From IMG/VR virus record IMGVR_UViG_3300021087_000009, positions 1 through 64,000 of that record: a DNA stretch of 64,000 bases; one strand, written 5' to 3'. How positions within the stretch are numbered: position 1 is the first letter of the stretch; each line of letters begins with the position of its first letter. Position numbers and translations under genes: made by a program. This DNA is from a virus. Under the pieces are notes generated by a model that searched no databases, was not told where the DNA came from, and saw only the letters and a program-made list of their open reading frames with translations. Positions 38,552-48,953 of the stretch are shown here, one piece after another.

Positions 38552-40879
38552 TTATATTACGCAACTCTCACAGTCTTCTTCGGATTGCTTTGTAATGTCG
38601 AGTTGAGGTTGAAATGAATTAGGTGTGCTTTCGGAAGCGACTTCTATCGGAGTTTCAGTTGCATCAACTTTGAAGTCGTATGTGTTTTGATAATAAGATG
38701 TTTTCCAACCTAGCTTGTATGTCATTAGCATATCTTGAATCATAGTACTCATTGGTACTTCGTTGTTTTCAAAGTGTGTAGGATTGTAACTCCAGTTACC
38801 ACTAATAGCTTGGTCGAAGAATTTTTGCATTACAGCAACAATATTAATATAGCCTTCGTTATCAGGCATATCCCATAGTAGGGTATAGTAATTTTTTAAA
38901 GTTTGATATTGTGGAACAATTTGCTTAAGAGGCCCTTTTTTTGATTTCTTAACAGACAAGTATCCTCTAGGCGGTTCGATTCCGTTTGTGGCATTTGACA
39001 CAATGCTACTGCTCTCTGATGGCATTTGTGCAGACAACGTTGAGTGCCGTAGGCCATGTTTTCTAATATCTTTGCGTAAAGTATCCCAATCATATTTTAA
39101 TGTTATATTGCATACTGCGTCTAAATCCTTCTTATAATGATCAATGGGCAATAGTCCTTGTGAATATTTAGTACGATTGAAGTACTCACATTTTCCTTTT
39201 TCAACAGCAAGGTTGTTAGAAGCTACTAATAGATAGTATTGAAATGCTTCTGTTAGTTCGTGTACTTTTGTTAATGCTTTTTTGTCATTATACTTAACTT
39301 GATTCTTTGCTAGATAGTGTGCTAAACCAATATATCCAATACCTAAAGATCTACGTGCTTTTGTGCTTATTTCAGCCGCTTTTACAGGATACCGTTGGTA
39401 ATCTATAATTTCATCTAATGATCTAACTGCTAGTTCACATAGGTTTTCTAATTCTTCTAGTTGATTAATTTTACCAACATTAATAGCAGAAAGAATACAT
39501 AATGCAATCTCACCCTCTTCGTCGTCAATGTGTTGTAACGGTTTAGTTGGTAGTGTAATTTCTTGACATAAGTTACTCATATAAACAGTATCAGTAAAAG
39601 AACTATGCGTATTACAATGGTCAACATTCATTATATAAATGCGACCAGTTTCTGCTCTTTCTTTGATTACAGATGAAAAAAGATCCATTGCAGGAATTTT
39701 CTTTTTTCTAAGTGAAGTTTTACGTTCATACTTTTCATAAAGTTCTTGGAATAAATCTTGGTCAGTAAAAAATGCTTCATATAAATCTGGCACATCATGT
39801 GGTGAGAATAGAGTAATATCTTCATTTTTTAATAATCGTTCGTACATCAATTTATTCATTTGAATTGAATAATCTAATTTACGGACACGATTATCTTCAG
39901 TACCCTTGTTATTTTTTAATACAAGAATATCTTCAATTTCTAAATGCCATAAAGGGAAGTGCGTTGTTGCACTACCACCACGTACTCCGTTTTGAGTACA
40001 GCATCTTACAGTTGCTTCGAACTTCTTAAGAAACGGAATCACACCTGTGTGAGCAACTTCACCACCTCTAATTTTAGAATTAATAGCTCTTACTCTACCC
40101 GCATTGATTCCGATGCCGGCCCTTTGGGCAGTATATCTACCAATCGACATATCACTAGCAAAAATACTATCAAGGGTATCGTCACTATCGACAAGAACGC
40201 AAGAAGCAAACTGTCTAACAGGGGTACGGACACCAGCCATGACTGGCGTCGGGATATTGATTTTAAAAAGTGAGGTCGCATCGTAATATCTCCTTACATA
40301 ATTTAAACGATCCTTTTCTGGATACTCAGCGAACAATGTTGCCGCTATCATCATATACATAAATTGTGGAGACTCAAAAATTTCTCCAGTGCTTCGATCT
40401 TGACAAAGGTATTTGTCTACAATTTGTCTTAGACCTGCATAGGTAAAATTTTCGTCTCTCTGATGTTTAATAAATTTGTCAAGAGTTTTAATCTCGTCAG
40501 AAGAATACTTTTCTAAAATAGCTTTATCATATACTCCACGTTTAATATTTTTATCAATCATTTCTTGTAAAGTAATTGGTTTGAAATGACCAAACGCTTC
40601 TTTGTATATTGGATAAAGTAATAATCTTGCCGCGGCAAATTGATAATTAGGAATATCTAAAGTAATTAAATCATTTGCTGACCTAATTAAAATTTCTTGT
40701 ATTTCGTTTGTTGACATTCCATCATAAAATTGAATATTTGCATTCATTTCAATTTGTGATGCACTTACATTTGCTAGTCCTTCACATGCCTCTTCGACTA
40801 CGAAGTGTATTTTATTTACATTAAGTGGTACTAATTTTCCATCTCGTTTTTGAATCTTTATTCCTACGCCGTTTGACAT
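38552..40879 (-). CDS. nrdA: Ribonucleotide reductase class Ia alpha with ATP cone
   Basis: KRDG cone, PTPVMAG, SCVL, SNLCQEI, C-terminal CESC. Confidence 0.97.
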   Translation of the reverse strand: MSNGVGIKIQKRDGKLVPLNVNKIHFVVEEACEGLANVSASQIEMNANIQFYDGMSTNEIQEILIRSANDLITLDIPNYQFAAARLLLYPIYKEAFGHFKPITLQEMIDKNIKRGVYDKAILEKYSSDEIKTLDKFIKHQRDENFTYAGLRQIVDKYLCQDRSTGEIFESPQFMYMMIAATLFAEYPEKDRLNYVRRYYDATSLFKINIPTPVMAGVRTPVRQFASCVLVDSDDTLDSIFASDMSIGRYTAQRAGIGINAGRVRAINSKIRGGEVAHTGVIPFLKKFEATVRCCTQNGVRGGSATTHFPLWHLEIEDILVLKNNKGTEDNRVRKLDYSIQMNKLMYERLLKNEDITLFSPHDVPDLYEAFFTDQDLFQELYEKYERKTSLRKKKIPAMDLFSSVIKERAETGRIYIMNVDHCNTHSSFTDTVYMSNLCQEITLPTKPLQHIDDEEGEIALCILSAINVGKINQLEELENLCELAVRSLDEIIDYQRYPVKAAEISTKARRSLGIGYIGLAHYLAKNQVKYNDKKALTKVHELTEAFQYYLLVASNNLAVEKGKCEYFNRTKYSQGLLPIDHYKKDLDAVCNITLKYDWDTLRKDIRKHGLRHSTLSAQMPSESSSIVSNATNGIEPPRGYLSVKKSKKGPLKQIVPQYQTLKNYYTLLWDMPDNEGYINIVAVMQKFFDQAISGNWSYNPTHFENNEVPMSTMIQDMLMTYKLGWKTSYYQNTYDFKVDATETPIEVASESTPNSFQPQLDITKQSEEDCESCVI

Positions 40880-40935
40880 GTGCTTTAATTTTCCTTTGCT
40901 TTAGTTCTTGTTAATTTAGTAAATGATAATTGTAT

Positions 40936-41361
40936 TTATTGTAACCGTGGCATCTTGTAAATTCGTTGTGGTATAATTGTTGTGGGCAATTCATTTTTTT
41001 GAATAACTCCATCATAATTATAGCACAAAACTTTAGACTCAATGTGCAAAGGGTATAATAATTCTTCATTTACCTTGTCTATACTGATATGTATCTCAAA
41101 CTTGGAATCTTTAAACCTATCGGTTAACTGTAGAGTGTAACAGGTTCCTAAGGTTAACATAAAATCACAATACTTATCATGATCTAATAACTCCCATGGA
41201 GTAGGCCAAATAGCTTGATTCCATGGATCCGTACTTAATTTACACCGCTTTTTGGTATTATAATAATCAATAACGTCTTCGAAGGGTTTAATACTCTTTT
41301 CTAGTTTAGAACGAAAATCGTTCCAACGCTTTAATTTAATCTCGAATAATTCGTCTAGCAT
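40936..41361 (-). CDS. Conserved phage hypothetical protein
   Basis: WPTPWELL motif. Confidence 0.6.
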   Translation of the reverse strand: MLDELFEIKLKRWNDFRSKLEKSIKPFEDVIDYYNTKKRCKLSTDPWNQAIWPTPWELLDHDKYCDFMLTLGTCYTLQLTDRFKDSKFEIHISIDKVNEELLYPLHIESKVLCYNYDGVIQKNELPTTIIPQRIYKMPRLQ

Positions 41362-41364
41362 TAA

Positions 41365-42993
41365 CTATGACTTATACTTTACCTTAAATATTATGTTACC
41401 TGTATCAGCTGTAGTAGAGTTTAACATCTCTACTATGGTTGTGTCAACTATTGTGTCGCCATTTTCATCAGTAAGACTTGCTCTAAATTTTATGTTAGTT
41501 TCAAAAGTTGAACCACCCAAGTAACTATGATCATCTGTTAGTGTTGCTGTTCCAGTTGAACGGTTAATTAAAATTTCCAAAGTGCCTTGTCTTACAGCAT
41601 TTACGGCTGAAGATCTATATATGTAATCAATATAGATTGTTCGATCAGCTTCGGCTGGTGCCCTTAATACTCTAGTGTATGAGTTATATTGAACAACTGG
41701 AATATTATATGAGTATTCCATATCGTAAATAGCAGGCCCTTCAACTTCTGGTACATAAGGAAATCCAGAAATTAATGATTGGTCATATGTTAAACGTCTA
41801 GTTCTGTCAAAGTAATCATTTGTTGAAATATTAGTATATGCTGTACCAAAGGAATATTTAATAATTGAATGTGAAGCATTTCCTTCTGTACCGCCATTAT
41901 TTCCCACACCAATAAAAGTGTTATGTGTGCTTGTATTATTATTACCTATATGAATCCAAATACCTTGTTTATCAATGTCTTGGAATTTACAATTACTAAT
42001 ATTGTTATTAATTGGACCTGTTAACATACCTGCGGCATTAATAACAGTACCGTCACCAAACACAATACCATATCCTAATGTTTCAAAAACACATTTGTCC
42101 CATAAGTTATTTTCAATATCATATTTAGATTCAATACCTCTAGCAAAGCCTTTGATAGAGATATTTTTAAAAGTATTCCTAATTGAATTAACAGAAGTAC
42201 TTAATGCTCCCATGTAAATACCAACTTGATTAACAAGATGTCCTGCTCCACTAGTCCAAGGACCATTAATAATAATATCTTCAAACGTACTTTCTCTACA
42301 ACTTTGTATTTTTAAGCCAACATTATTACTTGTAGTCTTTATAGTCATACCCTTAATTGTAATGTGTCTTGCTTGATTTAATGTTGTACTTGTAGCATCT
42401 AATGCCGGTGATCCCGGAGTACTGCCACTATTTACAGTTTCGAATATAGGTTGATCTACTGTTTGTGTAATAATAACTTTATCGCTACCAGCACCTACTA
42501 TAGTTGCATGTGGAGGTACTTTTAGTGAAGCTGAAATTGTGTAATCACCTGCTGGAATTGTTAACGCAACTCTACTTGCTGTACTACCTTTAGTAGCAGT
42601 ATTAATATATAATTGATCAATTGCCTGTTGTAATTTTACTGTTTGATCTGTTGCGTCACCTAACGCACCAAAACTCTTAACACTAACAGCTTCATCTAAT
42701 CTGTCTTGTAATGTTCTAGTAACAGGAAGTGTTGGTGTTTCTCCTGTCTGCATAGTTGCAATTGGTTTTTGATACTGATACTGATCAGCAAATGTAAAAA
42801 GATTGTCATGTTGTGTTAATATTTTACTATTACCAACTGACGGAGATCCTTCAGATACTGAGCCATTACCTATGTAAAGTTCACGAGTATCTACGGCCCA
42901 ACCTAGTTCTCCACCTGCTAATTGCGGAATCCCAGAGCCTACGTTCTTTTGACCTCTTCTAATTTGTATACGACTGATCTGGACTATTGCCAC
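41365..42993 (-). CDS. Virion structural protein with beta-helix (pectate-lyase-like) domain
   Basis: QIRRG...PQL..GELGW..D...LYIG; SVKSFGA.GD; Asn-rich beta-helix. Confidence 0.7.
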   Translation of the reverse strand: MAIVQISRIQIRRGQKNVGSGIPQLAGGELGWAVDTRELYIGNGSVSEGSPSVGNSKILTQHDNLFTFADQYQYQKPIATMQTGETPTLPVTRTLQDRLDEAVSVKSFGALGDATDQTVKLQQAIDQLYINTATKGSTASRVALTIPAGDYTISASLKVPPHATIVGAGSDKVIITQTVDQPIFETVNSGSTPGSPALDATSTTLNQARHITIKGMTIKTTSNNVGLKIQSCRESTFEDIIINGPWTSGAGHLVNQVGIYMGALSTSVNSIRNTFKNISIKGFARGIESKYDIENNLWDKCVFETLGYGIVFGDGTVINAAGMLTGPINNNISNCKFQDIDKQGIWIHIGNNNTSTHNTFIGVGNNGGTEGNASHSIIKYSFGTAYTNISTNDYFDRTRRLTYDQSLISGFPYVPEVEGPAIYDMEYSYNIPVVQYNSYTRVLRAPAEADRTIYIDYIYRSSAVNAVRQGTLEILINRSTGTATLTDDHSYLGGSTFETNIKFRASLTDENGDTIVDTTIVEMLNSTTADTGNIIFKVKYKS

Positions 42994-43017
42994 GTTTCAA
43001 CTCCTTGTTTTATATAT

Positions 43018-43692
43018 TTATGCGAAACGGTCATAGTACTGGTACACCCTATCCCACCATTTATTCTCCCATGACTTAAAGGTGTCAGGAAAAATGTCAA
43101 ATTGCTGGTATGTAAGGTCTCTACAGCATACAAAAACGTGGCCTTCGCTAATATTAGTACCGTAAATTTCATTATGTGCTAGAGCATAGGCTACTAACTG
43201 CATTTTATAGTCATCAACCCATTCTTCTTTTTTAGGCTTATTTGATTGCTTGAAGTCCATGATGCATTCTTGACCTTTAAAGACGCCTACAAGGTCTGTA
43301 GTTCCTGCATATATCTTAGGGTGGTATAACTGTACTTCACTACCCCATATTTCGTCTACGTTTGAAAGAGCTTGTTCTTTAATCACGCTAGCCATCTTAT
43401 TTGCTTGTAGGCTATACGGATTAGAGCCGGCCTTAGGCCATTCATCTGTTTCAACATAGTCCTCTAAAAACTTATGCATACGAGTACCTACACTAGCGGC
43501 TTCAGTAACAATTTCTTGAGCTTTAACTTCTCCTACCCGTTTACGCCAAGCAATAAGTTGGGTTTTATCTTTAGTCTTATCTAAAATTGTTGTAACACTT
43601 GCTACAGAATTACCATCTGGACAATCATATAATCGTTTACCGTCTACAGATTTTTTATCAATAGTAGTATAGTTAAATTTGTTTGATATCAA
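43018..43692 (-). CDS. PD-(D/E)xK exonuclease (Cas4/MGME1-like)
   Basis: SVTTIL, GT.MH, AGTTD, DFKQS, QL.AY. Confidence 0.85.
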   Translation of the reverse strand: MISNKFNYTTIDKKSVDGKRLYDCPDGNSVASVTTILDKTKDKTQLIAWRKRVGEVKAQEIVTEAASVGTRMHKFLEDYVETDEWPKAGSNPYSLQANKMASVIKEQALSNVDEIWGSEVQLYHPKIYAGTTDLVGVFKGQECIMDFKQSNKPKKEEWVDDYKMQLVAYALAHNEIYGTNISEGHVFVCCRDLTYQQFDIFPDTFKSWENKWWDRVYQYYDRFA

Positions 43693-44251
43693 ATGTTTTC
43701 TCCGTTGGTTTTAAATAATCAAAGGCAAAGTTAATTACAAAACATCTTCGTGGTTGTTTGCCGGGATAAACTCCATGGTATACTCTACCATCCATAATAA
43801 CAGTTTTGCCTGGATAAGAATGAAACTGTGATACAATCTGTGTGCCGTCAGGATGTGGAAGTAGTGTAAACAGAGCTCCATCAGTTGGTTGTACTTTATC
43901 TCGTGGACTATCAAAATACATTACCATACTAAGCAATTGAGGTTTCTGTGTATGATTGTGTACACTTTGATATCCACCATCACCATATTCAATAGCCCAG
44001 GTTTGATCTACTTTAAGATTAGTAATAGGCATATATGTTTTAACTTTGTCTTGTACCCACCTAGTTAAATTGTCTGATACTTCTTCTATATTAATAGTAT
44101 ATTGTGTGCGGTCAGGGTATGGTGATCTTTGTGCAAAACGAGTTGTAAAAATATCTTTATAGTCTTCCCACAACGGATAATCGGTCTCAATAACAAATTG
44201 ATTGTTAGCACTATAAAAGTTATCACCCCACAATGGGGACCCGGTCACCAT
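43673..44251 (-). CDS. 2OG-Fe(II) oxygenase-like
   Basis: GGYQ..HNH; DG.VYHGVYP; R. Confidence 0.7.
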   Translation of the reverse strand: MVTGSPLWGDNFYSANNQFVIETDYPLWEDYKDIFTTRFAQRSPYPDRTQYTINIEEVSDNLTRWVQDKVKTYMPITNLKVDQTWAIEYGDGGYQSVHNHTQKPQLLSMVMYFDSPRDKVQPTDGALFTLLPHPDGTQIVSQFHSYPGKTVIMDGRVYHGVYPGKQPRRCFVINFAFDYLKPTEKTFDIKQI

Positions 44252-44904
44252 ATTTTTTCATCCGGATCTAACCATGCATAATCAAAGTCAATAACAACTG
44301 TTCGTCTTGATCCTTTTACAGGATAAACTCCATGGAATACTTTGCCGTCCAATATAATACATTGACCACGTTTCGATATATAATTTCTAACAATTTGAGA
44401 TCCGTTAGGTTCAGGCATAATTGTATAAAGCATACCATAACTTGCTTTATCTTTTTCTTTTCCATCAAGATCGGGTTGATCATCAAGGTGAAATACAACT
44501 GAGATTGCCTGATCACCATGACTATGTAAGCCTTGGTACCCGCCTTCATTATAATCAATACACCAAGACATATTAATTTTTAAGTTTTTAATAGGAATCA
44601 TTTGCCCACGACATTTAGCTTCAACCCACTTAGTAAGCCCTATTACTTTATCTGATACGTCCCATTGAGTTCCCCATTTGCGAGATTGTTCTGTTATTTC
44701 AGCTGTTACATCAAATTGATAGCCGTTAATAGTAAATTTGCCTTCGCTGTCATCAGGCCCTTTGTTATTAAATAACACTTCAAATTCTTCGATAAAAGGA
44801 CAATGTGTTTCAATTATAAACTCATTCATACCTCCCTTAACAACTTTATCGCTAAGGGGAGAGTTTCCTATTAACTTTTTAATGTCTTTTGGCGAGCTAC
44901 TCAT
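44245..44904 (-). CDS. 2OG-Fe(II) oxygenase-like, tandem paralog
   Basis: GGYQ..HSH; DG.VFHGVYP; R. Confidence 0.7.
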   Translation of the reverse strand: MSSSPKDIKKLIGNSPLSDKVVKGGMNEFIIETHCPFIEEFEVLFNNKGPDDSEGKFTINGYQFDVTAEITEQSRKWGTQWDVSDKVIGLTKWVEAKCRGQMIPIKNLKINMSWCIDYNEGGYQGLHSHGDQAISVVFHLDDQPDLDGKEKDKASYGMLYTIMPEPNGSQIVRNYISKRGQCIILDGKVFHGVYPVKGSRRTVVIDFDYAWLDPDEKIW

Positions 44905-44986
44905 TATTATTTTTCTCTAAGAGATGAGGGTTGTTTATTTCATTCATAGTAGTAGTATATACTACTTTTTTAACGAAGTCAAGTAA

Positions 44987-45271
44987 TTACTGAGCGTTAG
45001 CAGTGGCACGTTTTGCCATATCGCCTACTACATCAGCATTGGAGTCAGCTTGGGGAATTTGAGCATCGGAAGGTGCTTCAACTTTAGTGTTTAATGTAAT
45101 ACCTTTATCATCAAAGTTTTTGACATAGTTTTGTATTTCTGGATTGGCATCGTAAACAGCTTTGAATCCATTATAATCAAAATGTGTTTGATCAAGGTTA
45201 GTCATAATTTTATTGATAGCGTCGAAAGAAAGATAGGCAGGCTGATCTTTATTATCAGCACCGCCTATCAT
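44987..45271 (-). CDS. Hypothetical protein; probably the -1 frameshift C-terminal domain of 45313..46221
   Basis: Frame open upstream to the A9G run at 45319-45328. Confidence 0.6.
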   Translation of the reverse strand: MIGGADNKDQPAYLSFDAINKIMTNLDQTHFDYNGFKAVYDANPEIQNYVKNFDDKGITLNTKVEAPSDAQIPQADSNADVVGDMAKRATANAQ

Positions 45272-45312
45272 ATTCCTAAAAACTGAGATTAATTGTGTTT
45301 TAAAATTTGTCT

Positions 45313-46221
45313 CTAAGACTTTTTTTTTGAAGCGTCTCCGCTTAAAATGTTGCCTAGTCTACGTGATCGTTCAACTGATTCGCGTTTTGCTCTATCAGCC
45401 GTTTCTTCTCCGCCTGTAGCAGGAGCACTTGCACCAAATTCATCGTCTACTGGAGCTTCAGCATCTATGTCACCTTCAGCGCCTGGTTCTGCATCAACTG
45501 GTTCCATTTCTGGATCTTCTGCAGGAGCTTCTTCATCGCCGCCCGGCATTACTTCTGGTCCACCTTCGCCTGTTATAATGGCTACGCCACCTGTGAGTGC
45601 TTCACGTGTAGTTTCAAATACTGTATATAAATTCTCAAGTGCTGGTTTTACAGTTTGAATGAATTGTTCGCTCATTTCACTGCCTAGTTCGTCACGAATA
45701 GAATCGCCTAGTTCTAGCATTGATTCAGTTTGCATTTCTGCTGTGTCTTCCATCCAGCCTGTAACTCTATCAACCATGTCCTTTGCGGCCATAACTAATT
45801 GAGCTGATTCTTCAGCGCCTTCTTTAACTGTTTCTTTCTTAGAAGCCTGGAAATCTTTTGACATTTTAGTATACTCGTCGCCTTTAAGCTCACGTACTGT
45901 CTTACCGTGGTTATCTTTTAGCCATTTAGTAAACCCTGTTTTAGGATCTTCGCCTTCTGATACCCATTCAGCTCTTTCTTCAATTTCTTTGTTAATAGTG
46001 TCTAGGAATAGTTTACCTTTTTGGTACGCATCGCTCTTATGAACAGTTTCAAAACTTTCGTTAGTTTCAACATCTGCTAATTGGGTACGCAATTTATTCC
46101 TTGCATTCTCAAGTTGCTCTAGTGTAAAAGAGGTTAATCTTAGCTTTGTACCGAATGACTTAGCAAGATTCTCATTCAACGCTTTCGCTGTTAATGGTTT
46201 TGATAGTTCATTAATTTTCAT
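45313..46221 (-). CDS. Acidic coiled-coil head-associated (scaffold/core-like) protein
   Basis: MKINEL N-terminus, Glu-rich; TAAATA upstream; ends SKKKS on A_AAA_AAG. Confidence 0.6.
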   Translation of the reverse strand: MKINELSKPLTAKALNENLAKSFGTKLRLTSFTLEQLENARNKLRTQLADVETNESFETVHKSDAYQKGKLFLDTINKEIEERAEWVSEGEDPKTGFTKWLKDNHGKTVRELKGDEYTKMSKDFQASKKETVKEGAEESAQLVMAAKDMVDRVTGWMEDTAEMQTESMLELGDSIRDELGSEMSEQFIQTVKPALENLYTVFETTREALTGGVAIITGEGGPEVMPGGDEEAPAEDPEMEPVDAEPGAEGDIDAEAPVDDEFGASAPATGGEETADRAKRESVERSRRLGNILSGDASKKKS

Positions 46222-46255
46222 AGTGTATTCCTATCCTAAGTGTTATAGTTATTTA

Positions 46256-46690
46256 TCATCTCTTATCAAAGATATGCCCGTTCAACTGGCTAGTATAATG
46301 CCAAGTGTGATCTTTTGCAATATCAAATCTTACTAATGCTGACTCTATTCTAAATTCATCATTAGTAGATTCTATGGTATTTTTAGCAAAAATGCTATCC
46401 ATATAGTGTTTTCCTAGCTTTTGGTCCAATTCTAGTATTTCGTCCAGTGAATTATCACGGTTTTTAGCTATTGCAGTTGCATACGCAATAGCACCTCTTT
46501 TACTAACAGTTTCGGCTATCCGCTTACTTCTTTTTACGTCAAATACTAAAAAGCCTCTTTTAGTTTCCCTAATAACAACATTTTTAATTCTTACACTTTT
46601 GCCTTTAGCATAAGGAAAATATATATCTTGAAGACCATGCTCCATAATATCGTTAAGTTCTTGTTCAAGTTTATTTGAGTTCATTAGCAA
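46256..46690 (-). CDS. Hypothetical protein
   Basis: Operon context. Confidence 0.6.
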   Translation of the reverse strand: MLMNSNKLEQELNDIMEHGLQDIYFPYAKGKSVRIKNVVIRETKRGFLVFDVKRSKRIAETVSKRGAIAYATAIAKNRDNSLDEILELDQKLGKHYMDSIFAKNTIESTNDEFRIESALVRFDIAKDHTWHYTSQLNGHIFDKR

Positions 46691-46877
46691 CTACCAACAC
46701 CATATTCTTATTGCGTACTCTACTTACTAATGCTTTGCGTATAAGTGACTCAATAATGAATTGTTCTCGTTCGTGGAAACTATGTAAGGGCAATGGATAA
46801 TCAAGTTTATTTAAAAGTTCTTTTTCTTCATTGCTCACTGCGATAGTGAATTTGCTTATTAATTCGTTTATCTTCAT
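46671..46877 (-). CDS. Small protein, MKINEL N-terminus
   Basis: Operon context. Confidence 0.6.
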   Translation of the reverse strand: MKINELISKFTIAVSNEEKELLNKLDYPLPLHSFHEREQFIIESLIRKALVSRVRNKNMVLVVANELK

Positions 46878-47353
46878 TACGAAGCCTTCATACTTGGATC
46901 ATCAGGTACAGAACCTTTACCAGCTACTGCATCTGCTTTTGCTTTTATAATTGGATCTAATTCTTTTTTAGTGTATATGAATGCTGTTGGCTCACCAGGT
47001 TTAGGCTTTGGATTAGCTACTGTAACTTGGTCACCTTTAACGTCTTGAATACTAAATTCTTGTTCTTTTCCACCCATCGAGGGCATTGATAGTGAAGCAC
47101 CTTTTTTAAGGACTGCTCCAGCTACTTTTTGTTGTGCTTTGTTTATTATATTAGCAGTACCTTTGGCAATTTTTTGTCCTATGCCTTTTCCTGCTTTAGC
47201 TCCTAAATTTGCGGCTTGACCTGCCACTTTTGCGGCACCTTTTGCTACAGCAGACCCCATCTTTGCTCCTACACGGCCCAGGGCCGCTATGGCAGGAACA
47301 ATTTCTACTATTTGTTCCTCGTCAACCTTATTTTTAAATTCATAAAAACGCAT
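46877..47353 (-). CDS. Ala/Lys/Gly-rich protein, MRFYEF N-terminus
   Basis: Start moved to MRFYEFK, 4 nt after the preceding stop. Confidence 0.65.
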   Translation of the reverse strand: MRFYEFKNKVDEEQIVEIVPAIAALGRVGAKMGSAVAKGAAKVAGQAANLGAKAGKGIGQKIAKGTANIINKAQQKVAGAVLKKGASLSMPSMGGKEQEFSIQDVKGDQVTVANPKPKPGEPTAFIYTKKELDPIIKAKADAVAGKGSVPDDPSMKAS

Positions 47354-47357
47354 AACT

Positions 47358-47780
47358 CTATTTAATCCTTTTTGACTTAACTTTTTTAGGTTTGAATGCC
47401 TTAGTTGCTGTCTTAGATACATTTCGCTTAGGTATTTTTCTACTTGTCGTTGATTTTTTTCTTCTAGTAACAGCTTTATCGTATCTTTTTTGTGATAATG
47501 GTTTATTAGCTTTTGCAATACGTTTTGAAGTTGCACCTGCTCTTTTACGTCTATTAATTGATTGTTGGGTAGTTGCTCCTTTTGAACGTCTTACTTTCTT
47601 TAGTGTGTTCATGCTTTTTACATTTTTAGCCGCATTACATGTATCAGCTTTAGCAACAATACGTCCTTTTCTAGTACCTGCCGTACATCTAAATTTCCTA
47701 ACAACTTTACCTTTATTTCGTCCCCAGATTGCTACAACGCCTTCTGTTAATACTTCTGGAACTATGTCAACTATACGCAT
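47358..47780 (-). CDS. Highly basic protein (paralog 1)
   Basis: WGR.KGKVVRKFRCT.G.RKGRIVAK...C.A. Confidence 0.7.
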   Translation of the reverse strand: MRIVDIVPEVLTEGVVAIWGRNKGKVVRKFRCTAGTRKGRIVAKADTCNAAKNVKSMNTLKKVRRSKGATTQQSINRRKRAGATSKRIAKANKPLSQKRYDKAVTRRKKSTTSRKIPKRNVSKTATKAFKPKKVKSKRIK

Positions 47781-47782
47781 GG

Positions 47783-48136
47783 TTACTTCTTCCTCGTTGA
47801 CTTAACACGTTTAGGCTTGAATGGCTTCATACCTCTTTTTGGTGATTTAGTAGTAGACCTAGAAGCTTTGTTCAGTACTTGTACTCTAATTGAAGCTGGG
47901 TTTGTACGCATTGTCTTATTTCTCTTACGCATCATCTTTGCTCCGAGTTTAGCTCTAGTACGTTTCATCCGTATTCTTGCTTTAACATTAGGAGCGGCAA
48001 AACATTGTGCTATTTTAGCCACAATCCTACCTTTGCGTTTACCTACAGTACAGCGGAACTTTCGAACCACATCTTTACCTCGGCGTCCCCAGATTTGCTT
48101 CTCGTCAAGCGGTTGAGTTATTTCACGTAGCAACAT
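47783..48136 (-). CDS. Highly basic protein (paralog 2)
   Basis: Same core motif; TAAATA 5 nt before the ATG. Confidence 0.7.
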   Translation of the reverse strand: MLLREITQPLDEKQIWGRRGKDVVRKFRCTVGKRKGRIVAKIAQCFAAPNVKARIRMKRTRAKLGAKMMRKRNKTMRTNPASIRVQVLNKASRSTTKSPKRGMKPFKPKRVKSTRKK

Positions 48137-48164
48137 ACGTGTATTTATGTGTTTAGTAAAAGGA

Positions 48165-48413
48165 TTAGTTAAAATTCATAAGGATGACAACGAGCGTGGA
48201 AAGTAAGCCTGCAATTATAGTACCTGTGGCACCAACTATTACTTTCATCATCGACTTGTTACCATGTAATATATCGGTATGGATATGTTCGACTTTAGTT
48301 TCAATTATTGTTAATCGACGTTCTAAGGTTTCATAGCGTTCGTGACATAGTGCCACGTGGGCTTCTAAATTATCTGCTTCAATGTCTTGTTGAGTGCGTT
48401 TCTGTTGCACCAT
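48165..48413 (-). CDS. Coiled-coil protein with C-terminal TM
   Basis: LEAHV.LC.ERY; hydrophobic C-terminus. Confidence 0.6.
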   Translation of the reverse strand: MVQQKRTQQDIEADNLEAHVALCHERYETLERRLTIIETKVEHIHTDILHGNKSMMKVIVGATGTIIAGLLSTLVVILMNFN

Positions 48414-48530
48414 TATATCTCTCCATTCCGTTAATTATCGTGGAAGGGGCCTATTTTTAATCGCCTTATATTATAATGTATGCCTGGTGAAACGCAAAGA
48501 ATCTAACAACTTAACTTTTCACAATAGTAT

Positions 48531-48953
48531 TTATACTTGTGGTCCATCAGTATTATCTACTAACTTAAATACTATATTTTGTGCCTGTACATCTGTTGTT
48601 CTAAATGCGTCATTATTATTTAGTATAGTTTCTGATAATCCTTTAATAACTGGGACTAAATCAAAGTCAACCTTTAAGGTGTCTTCACTTAGTGCATAAT
48701 CACGTTCAATACTTAAACGAAATGTCCAAACATTATGCTGACCTTTATGCTTAGTACCAAACCCTAAATTATCAACCTTACATTTCTCTGCTGTTGGCCA
48801 AGTTTCAAACTCTGGATTAACTCGCATACTTAATACTTGGAAAAATGTATTCCAATTTGCTTGTTGATTAATCAGCATCCGATCCTTACTTTTAAATTTA
48901 GTTTGACCAGTTTGTGTTATATCAATTAATGTTTTGATTTCAAATGATTGCAT
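48531..48953 (-). CDS. Conserved phage hypothetical protein
   Basis: TLIDIT.TG, QQ.NW.T..Q. Confidence 0.6.
   Translation of the reverse strand: MQSFEIKTLIDITQTGQTKFKSKDRMLINQQANWNTFFQVLSMRVNPEFETWPTAEKCKVDNLGFGTKHKGQHNVWTFRLSIERDYALSEDTLKVDFDLVPVIKGLSETILNNNDAFRTTDVQAQNIVFKLVDNTDGPQV

Noticed and set aside
38930-38945. A-run TCA AAA AAA GGG in nrdA as a frameshift site
   Set aside because: It encodes the conserved KKSKKGP segment, and the enzyme needs the downstream C-terminus.
37419-40879. Intron or intein in nrdA/nrdB
   Set aside because: Both ORFs are continuous and of normal length.
43018-43692. Cas4-like gene as evidence of CRISPR
   Set aside because: No repeat-spacer array or other cas genes seen in the window; this is a common phage exonuclease.
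47354-47536. N-terminal extension of 46877..47536
   Set aside because: It overlaps the basic-protein gene; MRFYEF at 47353 is the better start.
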